From positions 1,120,001-1,184,000 of the forward strand of contig CAVRJM010000001.1 of the NCBI GenBank assembly GCA_963722075.1: 64,000 nucleotides of DNA. Reading direction: 5' to 3'. The notes under the pieces are model-generated. The model saw nothing but the letters and a program-made list of their open reading frames with translations, did not search any database and was not told the origin of the DNA. Both the position numbers and the translations under genes were made by a program. Each line of letters opens with the position of its first letter. The stretch's first letter is position 1. Below, piece by piece: positions 37,866-47,317 of this stretch. The DNA is from Candidatus Babeliales bacterium. GTDB taxonomy: Bacteria > Babelota > Babeliae > Babelales > JANWKD01.

Positions 37866-40265
37866 ATGATATCTATAAAATTTTTATTCATGTTCCTTTT
37901 ATTCGTAATAACTCATTGTTCAAATAGCACTGCTGACAATGAAACTCCTGCTGATATAAAACAAGTGCTTGAAGAAAAATTAAATCTCCAACCAGTAGAA
38001 GTACCTATTGCCCCGGAACAAGAAATTAAACCAATTGAAAAAAAATATACATTCAATTACCAAGATGTTCCTTTGACGGATATCATTAATGAGTGGGCAA
38101 CAGAAAATAAGCTTAACGTTTTACTACCACAAGGATCTCAAGCAATTACCACAAAAATTAAATATGCACTACCGTATAAAGTTACGAAAGAACAGTTTAC
38201 TGAAGAACTATATAAACTATTAGAATTCGCTGGATATTCATGGGAAGTAAAAAACAATCAATTAACTATTATTAAAATTGATGCCAATACTCAACGCGAA
38301 CCGCTCACGCTTTATATCAATCCCATGCTTGAAGAAATACCCGATACGGGGCAAGTCATTCAGGCAATTTTTTATTTATCCAATTTAAAAGTTAAAGATC
38401 CTAATAGCCCACTTGACGCACTACTAAAAGGGCAAACAGGAATGCTCTCAACAAACGCGTCCTTAAAAGTTGATGAAAAAACAAATGCATTAATTATCAT
38501 TGATAAGGCAAACACAATTCGCGCTGCGATGACTATTATTCGCCAACTTGATTTAGAAGGAATTCCAGATGCTATTGAAGTATTGCCGCTGTATTACGTA
38601 CAAGCAAATTATATTGAAACGTTATTTAAACAACTTTTTACCACCACGCCACAAGTAGCTACGGCTCCCGGAACGCGTGAAGCTGCTACTAAAACCAGTA
38701 CCTATTTTCCTCCCAATACAAAAGTATTAGCACTCAATCGCACCAATACCATTGTTATTATGGGCTCAGTGCGCGCTATCAGGATTGTTAAAGAATTTAT
38801 TATTAAATACATTGACCATCCGCTGGATTCTGGTAAATCAATTTTACATATTTACGAACTGCAGTATCTTAACGCAGAAGAATCTGCCCCAATTTTACAA
38901 CAGCTTGTTAATAAAAAAGAAACAGGGCAAGCACAAACACAAGCAGCTGCTGGGCCAACCCGCGATTTTATGGATGTCATTATTGAGGCAGAAAAAACAA
39001 GTATTACTGCTGCGATTGCACCGACAACTGCTGAAGGAGCACCCGCTGCAGCGGTGTCTGAAGGCGTTCAACAAGGTGGAAACCGCCTCATTATCGCTGC
39101 ACGCAAAAAAGATTGGCAACGGATTAAAAAGTTAATTGAAGAACTTGATACCCCGGTCCCACAAGTGGCGATTGAAGTATTAGTGGTAGATCTAAGCCTT
39201 AATGAAAATAAGGTGCTTGGTGATCAAATGCGCAATAAGAGTGGCTTTAATTCAAGTCTTTCAAATAACATCAATTTCCAAACGGCTAATTTAGCAGCAC
39301 CCATTATTCAACCGGCAAATAATATCATTAATGCCAGCGGTGAAACAGTAAGCTCATTCCCTGCAAACGCACTTGCCTCAAATTTATTACAGTTTATTAC
39401 TGATAATACAAATCTAGCAAACGTTGCTACACCAGGATCATTAGTTATATCATTTAATGATCCCAATGGCAGCGGCATTTGGAATGTTATACAATTGCTT
39501 GATAAATATACTAATAATACTATTTTGACCCAACCGTTTATTGTTACCACTGATAATAAACAAGCAACCATTTCGCTTTCAGAAGATCGTCTTTTAGAGG
39601 GTGGTGCCAATACTGATGGTGGTGCTATTACCGTAAAAAATGAATATGTAACTGCTGCTACTTCAATTGATATTCTCCCCACTATTAGCGTTGGTACTAA
39701 AAATATTAATTTGCAACTTAATATTACCGTTAACACCTTTATTTCAAATGCAAATAACCGCGCATCACGCCTTATTCAAACAAATGCTAATGTCGGTGAT
39801 GGTGAAGTATTAGCGCTCGGTGGATTAATTACCACCACTGATAGCGTAACGGAATTTGACACACCACTTCTAGCACGCATCCCTTTACTGGGCTGGTTCT
39901 TTAAACGCCGTAGTAAAACACGCATTAAAACAAATCTTATGATTTTTATCTCTCCAAAAATAATTCAACCTCGTATTGGCGGTGGGGCTGATACATACAC
40001 GGAGAATAAATTGTGCTTTGTTGAAACGCAACTGCAAGACGAAGCTAATTTTGAAGATTTACGAGATCCGATCACCCGTTGGTTCTTTAAACCTAATGTT
40101 AATTTCGCCCACGATGTTATTGATGATTACGTTGAACAACAAGCTTCATATCCCATTGAGCCTAAAAAAGTAAATGTAGAAAAAGAACAATTAAAAGAAT
40201 TAAAAGAGCTTATACAAGGACAAGACAATCCGGTATTAAAACTCAGTCAGCAAGGTGCCAGTTAA
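37866..40265 (+). CDS. gspD: T2SS secretin GspD-like, copy 2
   Basis: FNYQDV.L.DII, TNALII, LD.PVPQVAIEV, GE.LALGGLI, PLL.RIPLLGWFF, LMIFISPKII. Confidence 0.9.
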   Translation: MISIKFLFMFLLFVITHCSNSTADNETPADIKQVLEEKLNLQPVEVPIAPEQEIKPIEKKYTFNYQDVPLTDIINEWATENKLNVLLPQGSQAITTKIKYALPYKVTKEQFTEELYKLLEFAGYSWEVKNNQLTIIKIDANTQREPLTLYINPMLEEIPDTGQVIQAIFYLSNLKVKDPNSPLDALLKGQTGMLSTNASLKVDEKTNALIIIDKANTIRAAMTIIRQLDLEGIPDAIEVLPLYYVQANYIETLFKQLFTTTPQVATAPGTREAATKTSTYFPPNTKVLALNRTNTIVIMGSVRAIRIVKEFIIKYIDHPLDSGKSILHIYELQYLNAEESAPILQQLVNKKETGQAQTQAAAGPTRDFMDVIIEAEKTSITAAIAPTTAEGAPAAAVSEGVQQGGNRLIIAARKKDWQRIKKLIEELDTPVPQVAIEVLVVDLSLNENKVLGDQMRNKSGFNSSLSNNINFQTANLAAPIIQPANNIINASGETVSSFPANALASNLLQFITDNTNLANVATPGSLVISFNDPNGSGIWNVIQLLDKYTNNTILTQPFIVTTDNKQATISLSEDRLLEGGANTDGGAITVKNEYVTAATSIDILPTISVGTKNINLQLNITVNTFISNANNRASRLIQTNANVGDGEVLALGGLITTTDSVTEFDTPLLARIPLLGWFFKRRSKTRIKTNLMIFISPKIIQPRIGGGADTYTENKLCFVETQLQDEANFEDLRDPITRWFFKPNVNFAHDVIDDYVEQQASYPIEPKKVNVEKEQLKELKELIQGQDNPVLKLSQQGAS

Positions 40266-41489
40266 ACGATCTTCAATACGCAGCAAGCGGTTATATTTTG
40301 CAAGATTTTCTGAACGTGAGCACCCGCCAGCTTTTATTTGACCAACGCTGGTTGCTACGGTTAAATCGGCAATAAAAGAATCTTCCGTTTCGCCCGAACG
40401 ATGAGAAATGATAACATTCATCTGATCATTAACGCATTCTTTAATGGCATAGAGGGATTCACTAACGGTACCTAATTGATTTGGTTTGATGAGCGCCGTA
40501 TTGGCAGCACCCATTAAGATACCATGTTTAATACGGGCAACGGAGCTTGCAAATAAATCATCACCTACTAATTGAATCTTACTTCCCAATGCCTGATTTA
40601 ATGCTACCCATCCTTGCCAATCATCTTGATCTAACCCATCTTCAATAGAATAAATAGGATATGCTTCAACAAGATTTATGTAGAATTTTATTAATTCTTC
40701 CGCAGTTAAAAAATCATCATGCCATTGATAACACCGCGTTTTTTTATCATAAAATTGTGATGCAGCCACATCGATAGCTATAGCAAATTGATCACCATCG
40801 CCAATTTTTGAAATAATATCTACCATAAAATCAAGCGCTTCCATTTCATCATCAAACGCAGCACCAAACCCACCTTCATCACCAACTGAGATATTTTTAC
40901 CTGCTGCTTGCAGACTCTTTTGCAGTTCATGAAAAAAGGTAACGCCGAGTTCCATCGCTTCTCTGAAATTATTGCCTTTGACCGGAACTATCATAAATTC
41001 TTGTATACGCAATCCATTATTAGCATGTGCGCCACCATTAATAACATTAAAGAGTGGGTAGGGAAGGCTTATTGATTCGGCACCATATAAATGAGCAAGG
41101 AGTTCATATAACTCCATATTTTCAACAACCGCTTGCGCTTTAACTATTGCTTGACTGACTGCTAGCATCGTATTAGCACCGAGCTTTTTTTTCTGTTCAG
41201 TGCCATCTAAGTTAAGTAAAAACTCATCTGCTTTAAATAAATCTGGTTTTTTAAAAAGAAGCTCTGGTGCAATTTTTTTTTCGATGCATTCTATTGCCTT
41301 TAGTACCCCTTTACCAAAAAGACGAGAACCGCCATCGCGCAATTCAAACGCCTCATGAGCACCTTTTGATGCACCAGAAGGAACAGAAGCTATAACCGAT
41401 CTATCATTATCTAAGACAATCTGGCATTCCAGCGTAGGAAAGCCGCGTGAATCATAAATCTCGCGCGCTATAATTTGGGCTATTTTCAT
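40236..41489 (-). CDS. eno: Enolase
   Basis: DSRGFPT, VPSGASKG.HEA, NGGAHA, GDEGGF, SHRSGETED, AKYNRLLRIE. Confidence 0.97.
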   Translation of the reverse strand: MKIAQIIAREIYDSRGFPTLECQIVLDNDRSVIASVPSGASKGAHEAFELRDGGSRLFGKGVLKAIECIEKKIAPELLFKKPDLFKADEFLLNLDGTEQKKKLGANTMLAVSQAIVKAQAVVENMELYELLAHLYGAESISLPYPLFNVINGGAHANNGLRIQEFMIVPVKGNNFREAMELGVTFFHELQKSLQAAGKNISVGDEGGFGAAFDDEMEALDFMVDIISKIGDGDQFAIAIDVAASQFYDKKTRCYQWHDDFLTAEELIKFYINLVEAYPIYSIEDGLDQDDWQGWVALNQALGSKIQLVGDDLFASSVARIKHGILMGAANTALIKPNQLGTVSESLYAIKECVNDQMNVIISHRSGETEDSFIADLTVATSVGQIKAGGCSRSENLAKYNRLLRIEDRLTGTLLTEF

Positions 41490-41500
41490 TTTTAACCTTA

Positions 41501-42199
41501 TTAAGTAGTTAATAATTGAAATAGTTGATCAAGCTTTATTTTAAGTGAATTTAATGTTGTTGAAACAACATCAGCATGTTGTACCGGTACATTCGCCTCT
41601 TTAACAGGAACAGCAGCTACCGTTTCAACTGGTTTTTTTATTTGTGTTGGCACTGCTGTTGAAATTTGTTGAGCTGGAAGACCTTTCATTGTAGTAATAT
41701 AGGAAGCAATGAATTGTGATGCGTCAAGTTTACCTTCAAGATTCTCCTTAAAAAGTGCAGAATCAGGAAAAAGATTATATTGCTTATCACCTTTCTTAAC
41801 ACTACCTTTCCTTATAACTTCCCGTAAATCGATCCATATAAAATTATTATCTAAAACTGCTTCTGTGATAAATTTTTTTAAAGGAACCATAATTACCCGG
41901 TTCCCTCGGTAGGTTACCGTTTCTGCATAGCGCTCTATAAATTGTTCGTCAATAATCTCATTAAATTGTTCTTTAAAAACTCCCTGAAGAATAGGTATTG
42001 TTTGTACTATTACTTGCTCCCTGTTTATTGCCGGTTGCGCATTAAATGCTATTCCCGGCCAAAGCACTGCACCATCATAAACGAATAAACCGTATATTTT
42101 ACCAGAATTGTTATCATAAAAAACTGGTAATACATATTCTTTTGCACCAAATAAAAAGATACTTTGACCTAAAAACAAAATAAATAATATTTTTTTCAT
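41501..42199 (-). CDS. Secreted hypothetical protein with a C-terminal leucine module
   Basis: Signal peptide; Pro/Val/Ala linker; ends VSTTLNSLKIKLDQLFQLLTT. Confidence 0.7.
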   Translation of the reverse strand: MKKILFILFLGQSIFLFGAKEYVLPVFYDNNSGKIYGLFVYDGAVLWPGIAFNAQPAINREQVIVQTIPILQGVFKEQFNEIIDEQFIERYAETVTYRGNRVIMVPLKKFITEAVLDNNFIWIDLREVIRKGSVKKGDKQYNLFPDSALFKENLEGKLDASQFIASYITTMKGLPAQQISTAVPTQIKKPVETVAAVPVKEANVPVQHADVVSTTLNSLKIKLDQLFQLLTT

Positions 42200-42341
42200 A
42201 ATTTTCTTCCTTTTAACTTTTTAAACCGGTTAATGCTATTATTTAATGATGTTACCTATCTCTGGGTATCAATTTCAAGATTATTGCTCTTTGAACAGCC
42301 AATTTATTATACTATAAGAATAAAGGGAGGCATCTAAAACT

Positions 42342-42665
42342 ATGGAATATTTGGTTTTTTTACAAGGCACGCTGATTTTTTTCCCATTAATAGCCTTAAT
42401 TCTATCAATCTTTATTGCGCTTATTAGTTTTATATTTCTAAAATTATTTAGGCGTCCAACACCACCATTATCACTAAAAAATTTTGGGGCTTTATACATT
42501 ATGATACTTGCAGGCCTTGAAATTTATTTTTTACTTTCCCTAGCCTTACAGGCACTTGGCTTTAACCCTGAATCACGGCGCTATTTCTTTACACTCATTG
42601 CAATCTTGTTTTTCACTTTAGCGCAGCTCTATAATTATTTTATATTAAAGAAAAAGGGTAATTAA
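42342..42665 (+). CDS. Small integral membrane protein (about 3 TM)
   Basis: GGGAGG RBS; hydrophobic helices. Confidence 0.7.
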   Translation: MEYLVFLQGTLIFFPLIALILSIFIALISFIFLKLFRRPTPPLSLKNFGALYIMILAGLEIYFLLSLALQALGFNPESRRYFFTLIAILFFTLAQLYNYFILKKKGN

Positions 42666-42952
42666 TGACCGTAGTTGATATTGTTTCTTTGATCGTTGGC
42701 GCTTTTATCGGCGTGGTAATTGGATTATTATTCGTAATCTTAATTGCTAAGATACGCAATATACCGCTGAATAGAAATTTTTTAATTTCCTTATTTACCA
42801 TAAGCTTTGCTGCTGCAATTATACTGGGCTTTATAAAAACACTCTTATTAGAATATGGCTTTTCCCGCTCAACAATTTCTTTAATTTATTTAGCTATTGG
42901 TATATTGGTATTATTACCAATGATTGCTTTTTACAAGAAAAATAAATTTTAA
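42665..42952 (+). CDS. Small integral membrane protein (about 3 TM)
   Basis: Coupled to the upstream gene (TAATG overlap); similar topology. Confidence 0.7.
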   Translation: MTVVDIVSLIVGAFIGVVIGLLFVILIAKIRNIPLNRNFLISLFTISFAAAIILGFIKTLLLEYGFSRSTISLIYLAIGILVLLPMIAFYKKNKF

Positions 42953-43032
42953 TTCCATAAAAGTCGTGTAACATTTTATATCAAAATTAAAGAAGACATT
43001 GATCGTCGTGATAATAAAGTCGGAAAAAAAGC

Positions 43033-43222
43033 CGTCTTTGCGAGCTTGTCGAAGTAATCCAGATTAAGAATCAAATGCTCTATAAAAAGAGTCTATGAAC
43101 ATTGCGCAAAACAATAAAAAAAATATTAAATTTTATTCAGTTAATAACAATATTTGGAAAGATATAATAATAAGGTAAAGAACTTTAATGAACCTGGATT
43201 GCTTCGACAAGCTCGCAACGAC
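43033..43222. repeat. Inverted type-A pair around a ~130-bp AT-rich spacer
   Basis: CGTCTTTGCGAGCTTGTCGAAGTAATCCAG and CCTGGATTGCTTCGACAAGCTCGCAACGAC. Confidence 0.85.
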
Positions 43223-43277
43223 AACGTTTTTAAATTTAGGTTAATTAAGCAAGATTGCAGAAATTAAAGAATAAAAC

Positions 43278-43728
43278 ATGAAAAAACTAAAATATAGACA
43301 TGAAGCCATTCTTAAATTCCAACAAAAGTTAGAACGAGCTTTAATTCTATTTAATAATCAAGTAACAATAGGCCTTGCAGAACAGGAAGCATTCAGGATG
43401 TCGGTCATTTGGCACCTTCGAAATTTACTTTGAACTATTTTGGAAATTTTTTAAATTATATCTATTTGAAAGCTATGGTATAGAAACGGTAGGATCAAAA
43501 ACAGTATTTAGAGCATGCTTTGATAAAAAACTAATTAATGAAGAAGAATTAAAAAAGTTAATCGAAGTTGTAGAAATTAGAAATAACACTTCGCATATTT
43601 ATAATGAGATTCTTGCTCAAGAAGTAGCTGAGCAAGTTGAATATCATTATTTTAGTATGAAAAAATTAATTGATTCAATTAACATCCATAGTGCTCTTGA
43701 ACAATATTCAATAAACATTGCGAGCTAG
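43278..43728 (+). pseudogene. HI0074-like HEPN protein (nucleotidyltransferase substrate-binding family), frameshifted
   Basis: ATG at 43278 gives MKKLKYRHEAIL...EAFRMSVI, then one extra base near 43410 shifts into GTFEIYFELFWKFFK...RNNTSHIYNE (Rx4H motif). Confidence 0.8.
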
Positions 43729-45130
43729 GACGCAATGTCCGTTCTTGCGTCTCAAAATTAACGGCATAAATACCATGTTTACGATGCTTACCACTATTCC
43801 AACCAAAACAATCAAGCAACGTCCAGAATAAGTACCCACGTATATCAACCCCTTCTGAAAGAAGCAGGGAAATAACATATAGGTGTTTTTTTATATATTC
43901 TTCACGTAATTCACAATTATCACTGACGCAACCATTTTCAGTTATAATAATGGGAACATTTAGTTCGGCTGCTTTTTTAATTGAATAATAGAGACCTTCA
44001 GGATAAAAAGGCTTTCCTTTTTTACCTTCAGGACCATCAGCCAATTTTTCAGTGGGACGCGGTACTTCTTTAAACATTTTAACGGTACCATGGGTATAAT
44101 AATTAATCCCAATAAAATCAAGTTTGTGAACCGCTTCAGGATTATAATCTCGATATAAAAATGCCCAATTAAAATCACCCGTTTTAAAATAATTAATGGC
44201 CACTTCATTGAGTAAATAATGAAATATTTTTGCCGGGATTTGATCGAGCGGATTCCATCTATAATAAGGATGTAGGGGATGCATTAAATGTGCAAATCCT
44301 ACTTGCGCTTGAGGATTAATTCTTTTGAAAGCTTTATAAATTTCTATATGGGCATCAAGCATGTTTTTAACCACCATGCCACAGCAACGTATACGAAATT
44401 TTCTTCCAGGAGGGTATAGATTATACACATAACCAGCAAGTGCTTGGCCCACCGGCTCATTAAAGGTAATCCAGTATCTGATTTTTTCTGGATTTTTTGC
44501 TTTTGCATAAATACTTTTAAAAACGTATACAGCAAAATTTACAAAATCAAAAATATTATTTGCATCTTCAAAACCAAATCCGCGCTCTGGATCATCTGCA
44601 TATTCAAACCACAAGGGCCAAATGTGATGAAATAGGGTGGGTATAGGCTCAATATCATTATCCGTCAACTCATCAATAAAATCGATATAATGTTGCATTG
44701 CCTCTTCATCAAACACTCCCTTTTGCGGTTCTATTTTACTCCAGTCAATTGAAAAGCGATGAGCTTTCATACCGCTTTTTTTAATAAGTTGAACATCTTC
44801 TTTATACCGCGACCACCGCTGACATGCTTTACCAGAGCGCTTTTCTGGAGCAAATCGTGGTTGTAGCATTTTATTAACAAGTATCTCTTGCTCTTCCCAT
44901 ACCGTCCATGAATTTATTATCATTTTTCCATCAACCGTTTCAGCGCCTTCTACTTGAAAAGCTGAATCAGCGGTACCAAAAAAAAAGTAGTCAGGAAATG
45001 AGAATAAACGCCAATTAATGGTACTCCAATCCCATACATATTCATAATTGGCAATGGGAGAGAGGGGAAAGATATAAAAAAAGAGAATAAAAAAAGGTAG
45101 ATATCGTTTTTTTTCTAATAATTGCTTCAT
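43679..45130 (-). CDS. Glycoside hydrolase family 1 (beta-glucosidase-like) with signal peptide
   Basis: FFFGTADSAFQVEG, RFSIDWSKIEP, TFNEP acid/base, IIITENG nucleophile, GYLFWTLLD. Confidence 0.93.
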   Translation of the reverse strand: MKQLLEKKRYLPFFILFFYIFPLSPIANYEYVWDWSTINWRLFSFPDYFFFGTADSAFQVEGAETVDGKMIINSWTVWEEQEILVNKMLQPRFAPEKRSGKACQRWSRYKEDVQLIKKSGMKAHRFSIDWSKIEPQKGVFDEEAMQHYIDFIDELTDNDIEPIPTLFHHIWPLWFEYADDPERGFGFEDANNIFDFVNFAVYVFKSIYAKAKNPEKIRYWITFNEPVGQALAGYVYNLYPPGRKFRIRCCGMVVKNMLDAHIEIYKAFKRINPQAQVGFAHLMHPLHPYYRWNPLDQIPAKIFHYLLNEVAINYFKTGDFNWAFLYRDYNPEAVHKLDFIGINYYTHGTVKMFKEVPRPTEKLADGPEGKKGKPFYPEGLYYSIKKAAELNVPIIITENGCVSDNCELREEYIKKHLYVISLLLSEGVDIRGYLFWTLLDCFGWNSGKHRKHGIYAVNFETQERTLRPSSQCLLNIVQEHYGC

Positions 45131-45146
45131 ACTGCCCTTGATCTAA

Positions 45147-45248
45147 CGTCATCCCGAGCGTAGCGTGGGGATCCAGCTAATAAATAAAAAGTCTTTATTT
45201 TTTATAACTGGATTCTCACGATCTTGCTTTGCAAGATCTCAGAATGAC
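45147..45248. repeat. ~102-bp composite element (inverted type-A pair), copy 1
   Basis: Near-identical to 50184-50286, including the AT-rich spacer. Confidence 0.9.
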
Positions 45249-45278
45249 AATTGGAAGAATCAACTCTTTTGTTTTTTA

Positions 45279-47249
45279 TCAATTTATCAGGGCATATAAG
45301 TTTGTCAAAAAAGAAAACATTCCTTTTTTAGGGTTACGAATTTCATATTTTATCCGGTCAAACAACTGTTCCTGTGCCCGGTAATATTCATTAAGTAATT
45401 GAGAATCAGCAGCAATATACGGAAAATATTTAATACCACTTTGAGGGTTCAATCCACCTTTTTTATCGAAGGTCATAGGAATACAAAATTCTATTTGATC
45501 AATGTCAGCAATTGCCTCTGGCTTATTTTGTAAATAATCAGCAAGTGTATGCATGTCAGCTATGGTATTTGTAGTATTATTCAATCCAACTTTTCGTTTG
45601 TAACCTCCTGGCCGTGCAATATATACTTGCTTATGAGCCGTTTCTTTAGGAATAGCAATTAAAATACAGGCACCATAGGTACTGAGCTTATTGAAACGAT
45701 CGTAAAGGTCTTGTAATCGCTTGTTAAATCTGGCGTACAGATGATTAAGATTATGAAGGGAAAACACCTCTTTAATGCTAAAATTAAAATCGCTTATATT
45801 GCTATTGCTCGCAATATATTGAGCAGAACAAGAGCCACCATTAGTAAGGTTTCCAAAAAACGCATGATTAGCAAAGAGTAACCGTTCACGTATTGCTTGA
45901 GAAGTGCGCCCTTTTTCTAGAATAGTATTACGCAATTTCTTTTCATTTCTTTTATCAGTAATTACTTCTTTTACATGAAGTAATAAAAAGTCACCAATAA
46001 TAAGATTATTAATTTCTTTATATAAAAAGGTATGCAGCTGTTCTAAAAAAAGATAATGAAGTCGCTGACCATGCACAAATGTATAATAATTGCGTTGCAA
46101 TTCTTTTTCTTTGCTGATAATACGTAACACCATGGCCTGCAATGAAGTGTCATCTTTGTAACTGAGCAATGTGTCTAAACAGTTTTCAATACATGAATAT
46201 GAACTCCAATAATCCTCTTGTGTAACAAAATGTTTAAGATGTTGTTCGGTAGGCGTAACACCTTTTCGATGGATTTTTAGATAGCCATCTTTACAAGAAA
46301 AATTATAGAGCCATACCTTAATTAGGCAATCAACCGTTTTATTATTTTTTATGTATCGTTTAAGCGCTTTTTTGAGAGCATTATTTTTGGGAGCTTGTTT
46401 ATTTACTAAAATTAAAGCTTTTGGGTGCACCATTTCAATGTGTTGAAGAACAATTTGCTCTAATATTGGATACAATGATGGATCTTTTTTTGATAGCTCC
46501 TCATATAAATCTATACCACTAATGGATTTGAGCACATTAGCTGCGTTTTTTTTAATCTGGTCACCTATTAACGTTGTATATTCTTTATTATCGGCAATAG
46601 ATTTTTTTAAAAAGCGTATACAGTTCCGTTTTATTTCTACAAAAGGTAATTGTTCGATAATACGACGCATTACATAATCGACAATGCTGGGATCTTTAAA
46701 AATTTCAGTAAAATATGGATCAAAATCAATAAAATAATGAGGACTAAAACCCATTAACTCACTAAATAATATTTGTGAATCAATTGGATCATAATTTAAA
46801 ATTGATGCCAAGTGCATTAAAACTTCAAAACTATTTTTATCTAGACCAGGATTATTAATTTTTTCTCGAACTATTTTTTTAGCTTGACAACAATAATCGG
46901 TATATAATAGATCATTATTATCGCGCCTTACATAACTGGTTGTGCCCCAGCTATAAGATTGACAAGTTCTAATATAATAACAGAATGATTCAAATTCTTT
47001 TTTAAGATTTTTAATCTGGGGTTCATTGGTTAACTGGGAAACTATTTCAAACGTATTACTAATTATTTGAGCTGCACCATCATTGAAGGATTGTAAATTG
47101 CAATAATTAGTATCATTTATCCATTTTTGTATATCTTTTTCTAACTGAACAACATCTATGGCGCTTTTTAAAGGAAATAGTGCAGTTGCAATTCCCAAAG
47201 CTAAAAATAATTTTTTAATAATAGAATTAAAATAATAGAAGGAAGACAC
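45279..47249 (-). CDS. Large secreted hypothetical protein
   Basis: 656 aa ORF; N-terminal hydrophobic signal; helical N-terminal half; YYTFVHGQ motif. Confidence 0.75.
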   Translation of the reverse strand: MSSFYYFNSIIKKLFLALGIATALFPLKSAIDVVQLEKDIQKWINDTNYCNLQSFNDGAAQIISNTFEIVSQLTNEPQIKNLKKEFESFCYYIRTCQSYSWGTTSYVRRDNNDLLYTDYCCQAKKIVREKINNPGLDKNSFEVLMHLASILNYDPIDSQILFSELMGFSPHYFIDFDPYFTEIFKDPSIVDYVMRRIIEQLPFVEIKRNCIRFLKKSIADNKEYTTLIGDQIKKNAANVLKSISGIDLYEELSKKDPSLYPILEQIVLQHIEMVHPKALILVNKQAPKNNALKKALKRYIKNNKTVDCLIKVWLYNFSCKDGYLKIHRKGVTPTEQHLKHFVTQEDYWSSYSCIENCLDTLLSYKDDTSLQAMVLRIISKEKELQRNYYTFVHGQRLHYLFLEQLHTFLYKEINNLIIGDFLLLHVKEVITDKRNEKKLRNTILEKGRTSQAIRERLLFANHAFFGNLTNGGSCSAQYIASNSNISDFNFSIKEVFSLHNLNHLYARFNKRLQDLYDRFNKLSTYGACILIAIPKETAHKQVYIARPGGYKRKVGLNNTTNTIADMHTLADYLQNKPEAIADIDQIEFCIPMTFDKKGGLNPQSGIKYFPYIAADSQLLNEYYRAQEQLFDRIKYEIRNPKKGMFSFLTNLYALIN

Positions 47250-47317
47250 GGAAATAACCCCAATTCAAACAGAAAATTATAGTTTTTTATAAAACTAATT
47301 TATAGTATAACAAAAAT

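Noticed and set aside
43375..43728. Independent 117-aa gene with a TTG start
   Set aside because: It is the distal frame of a frameshifted gene starting at 43278.
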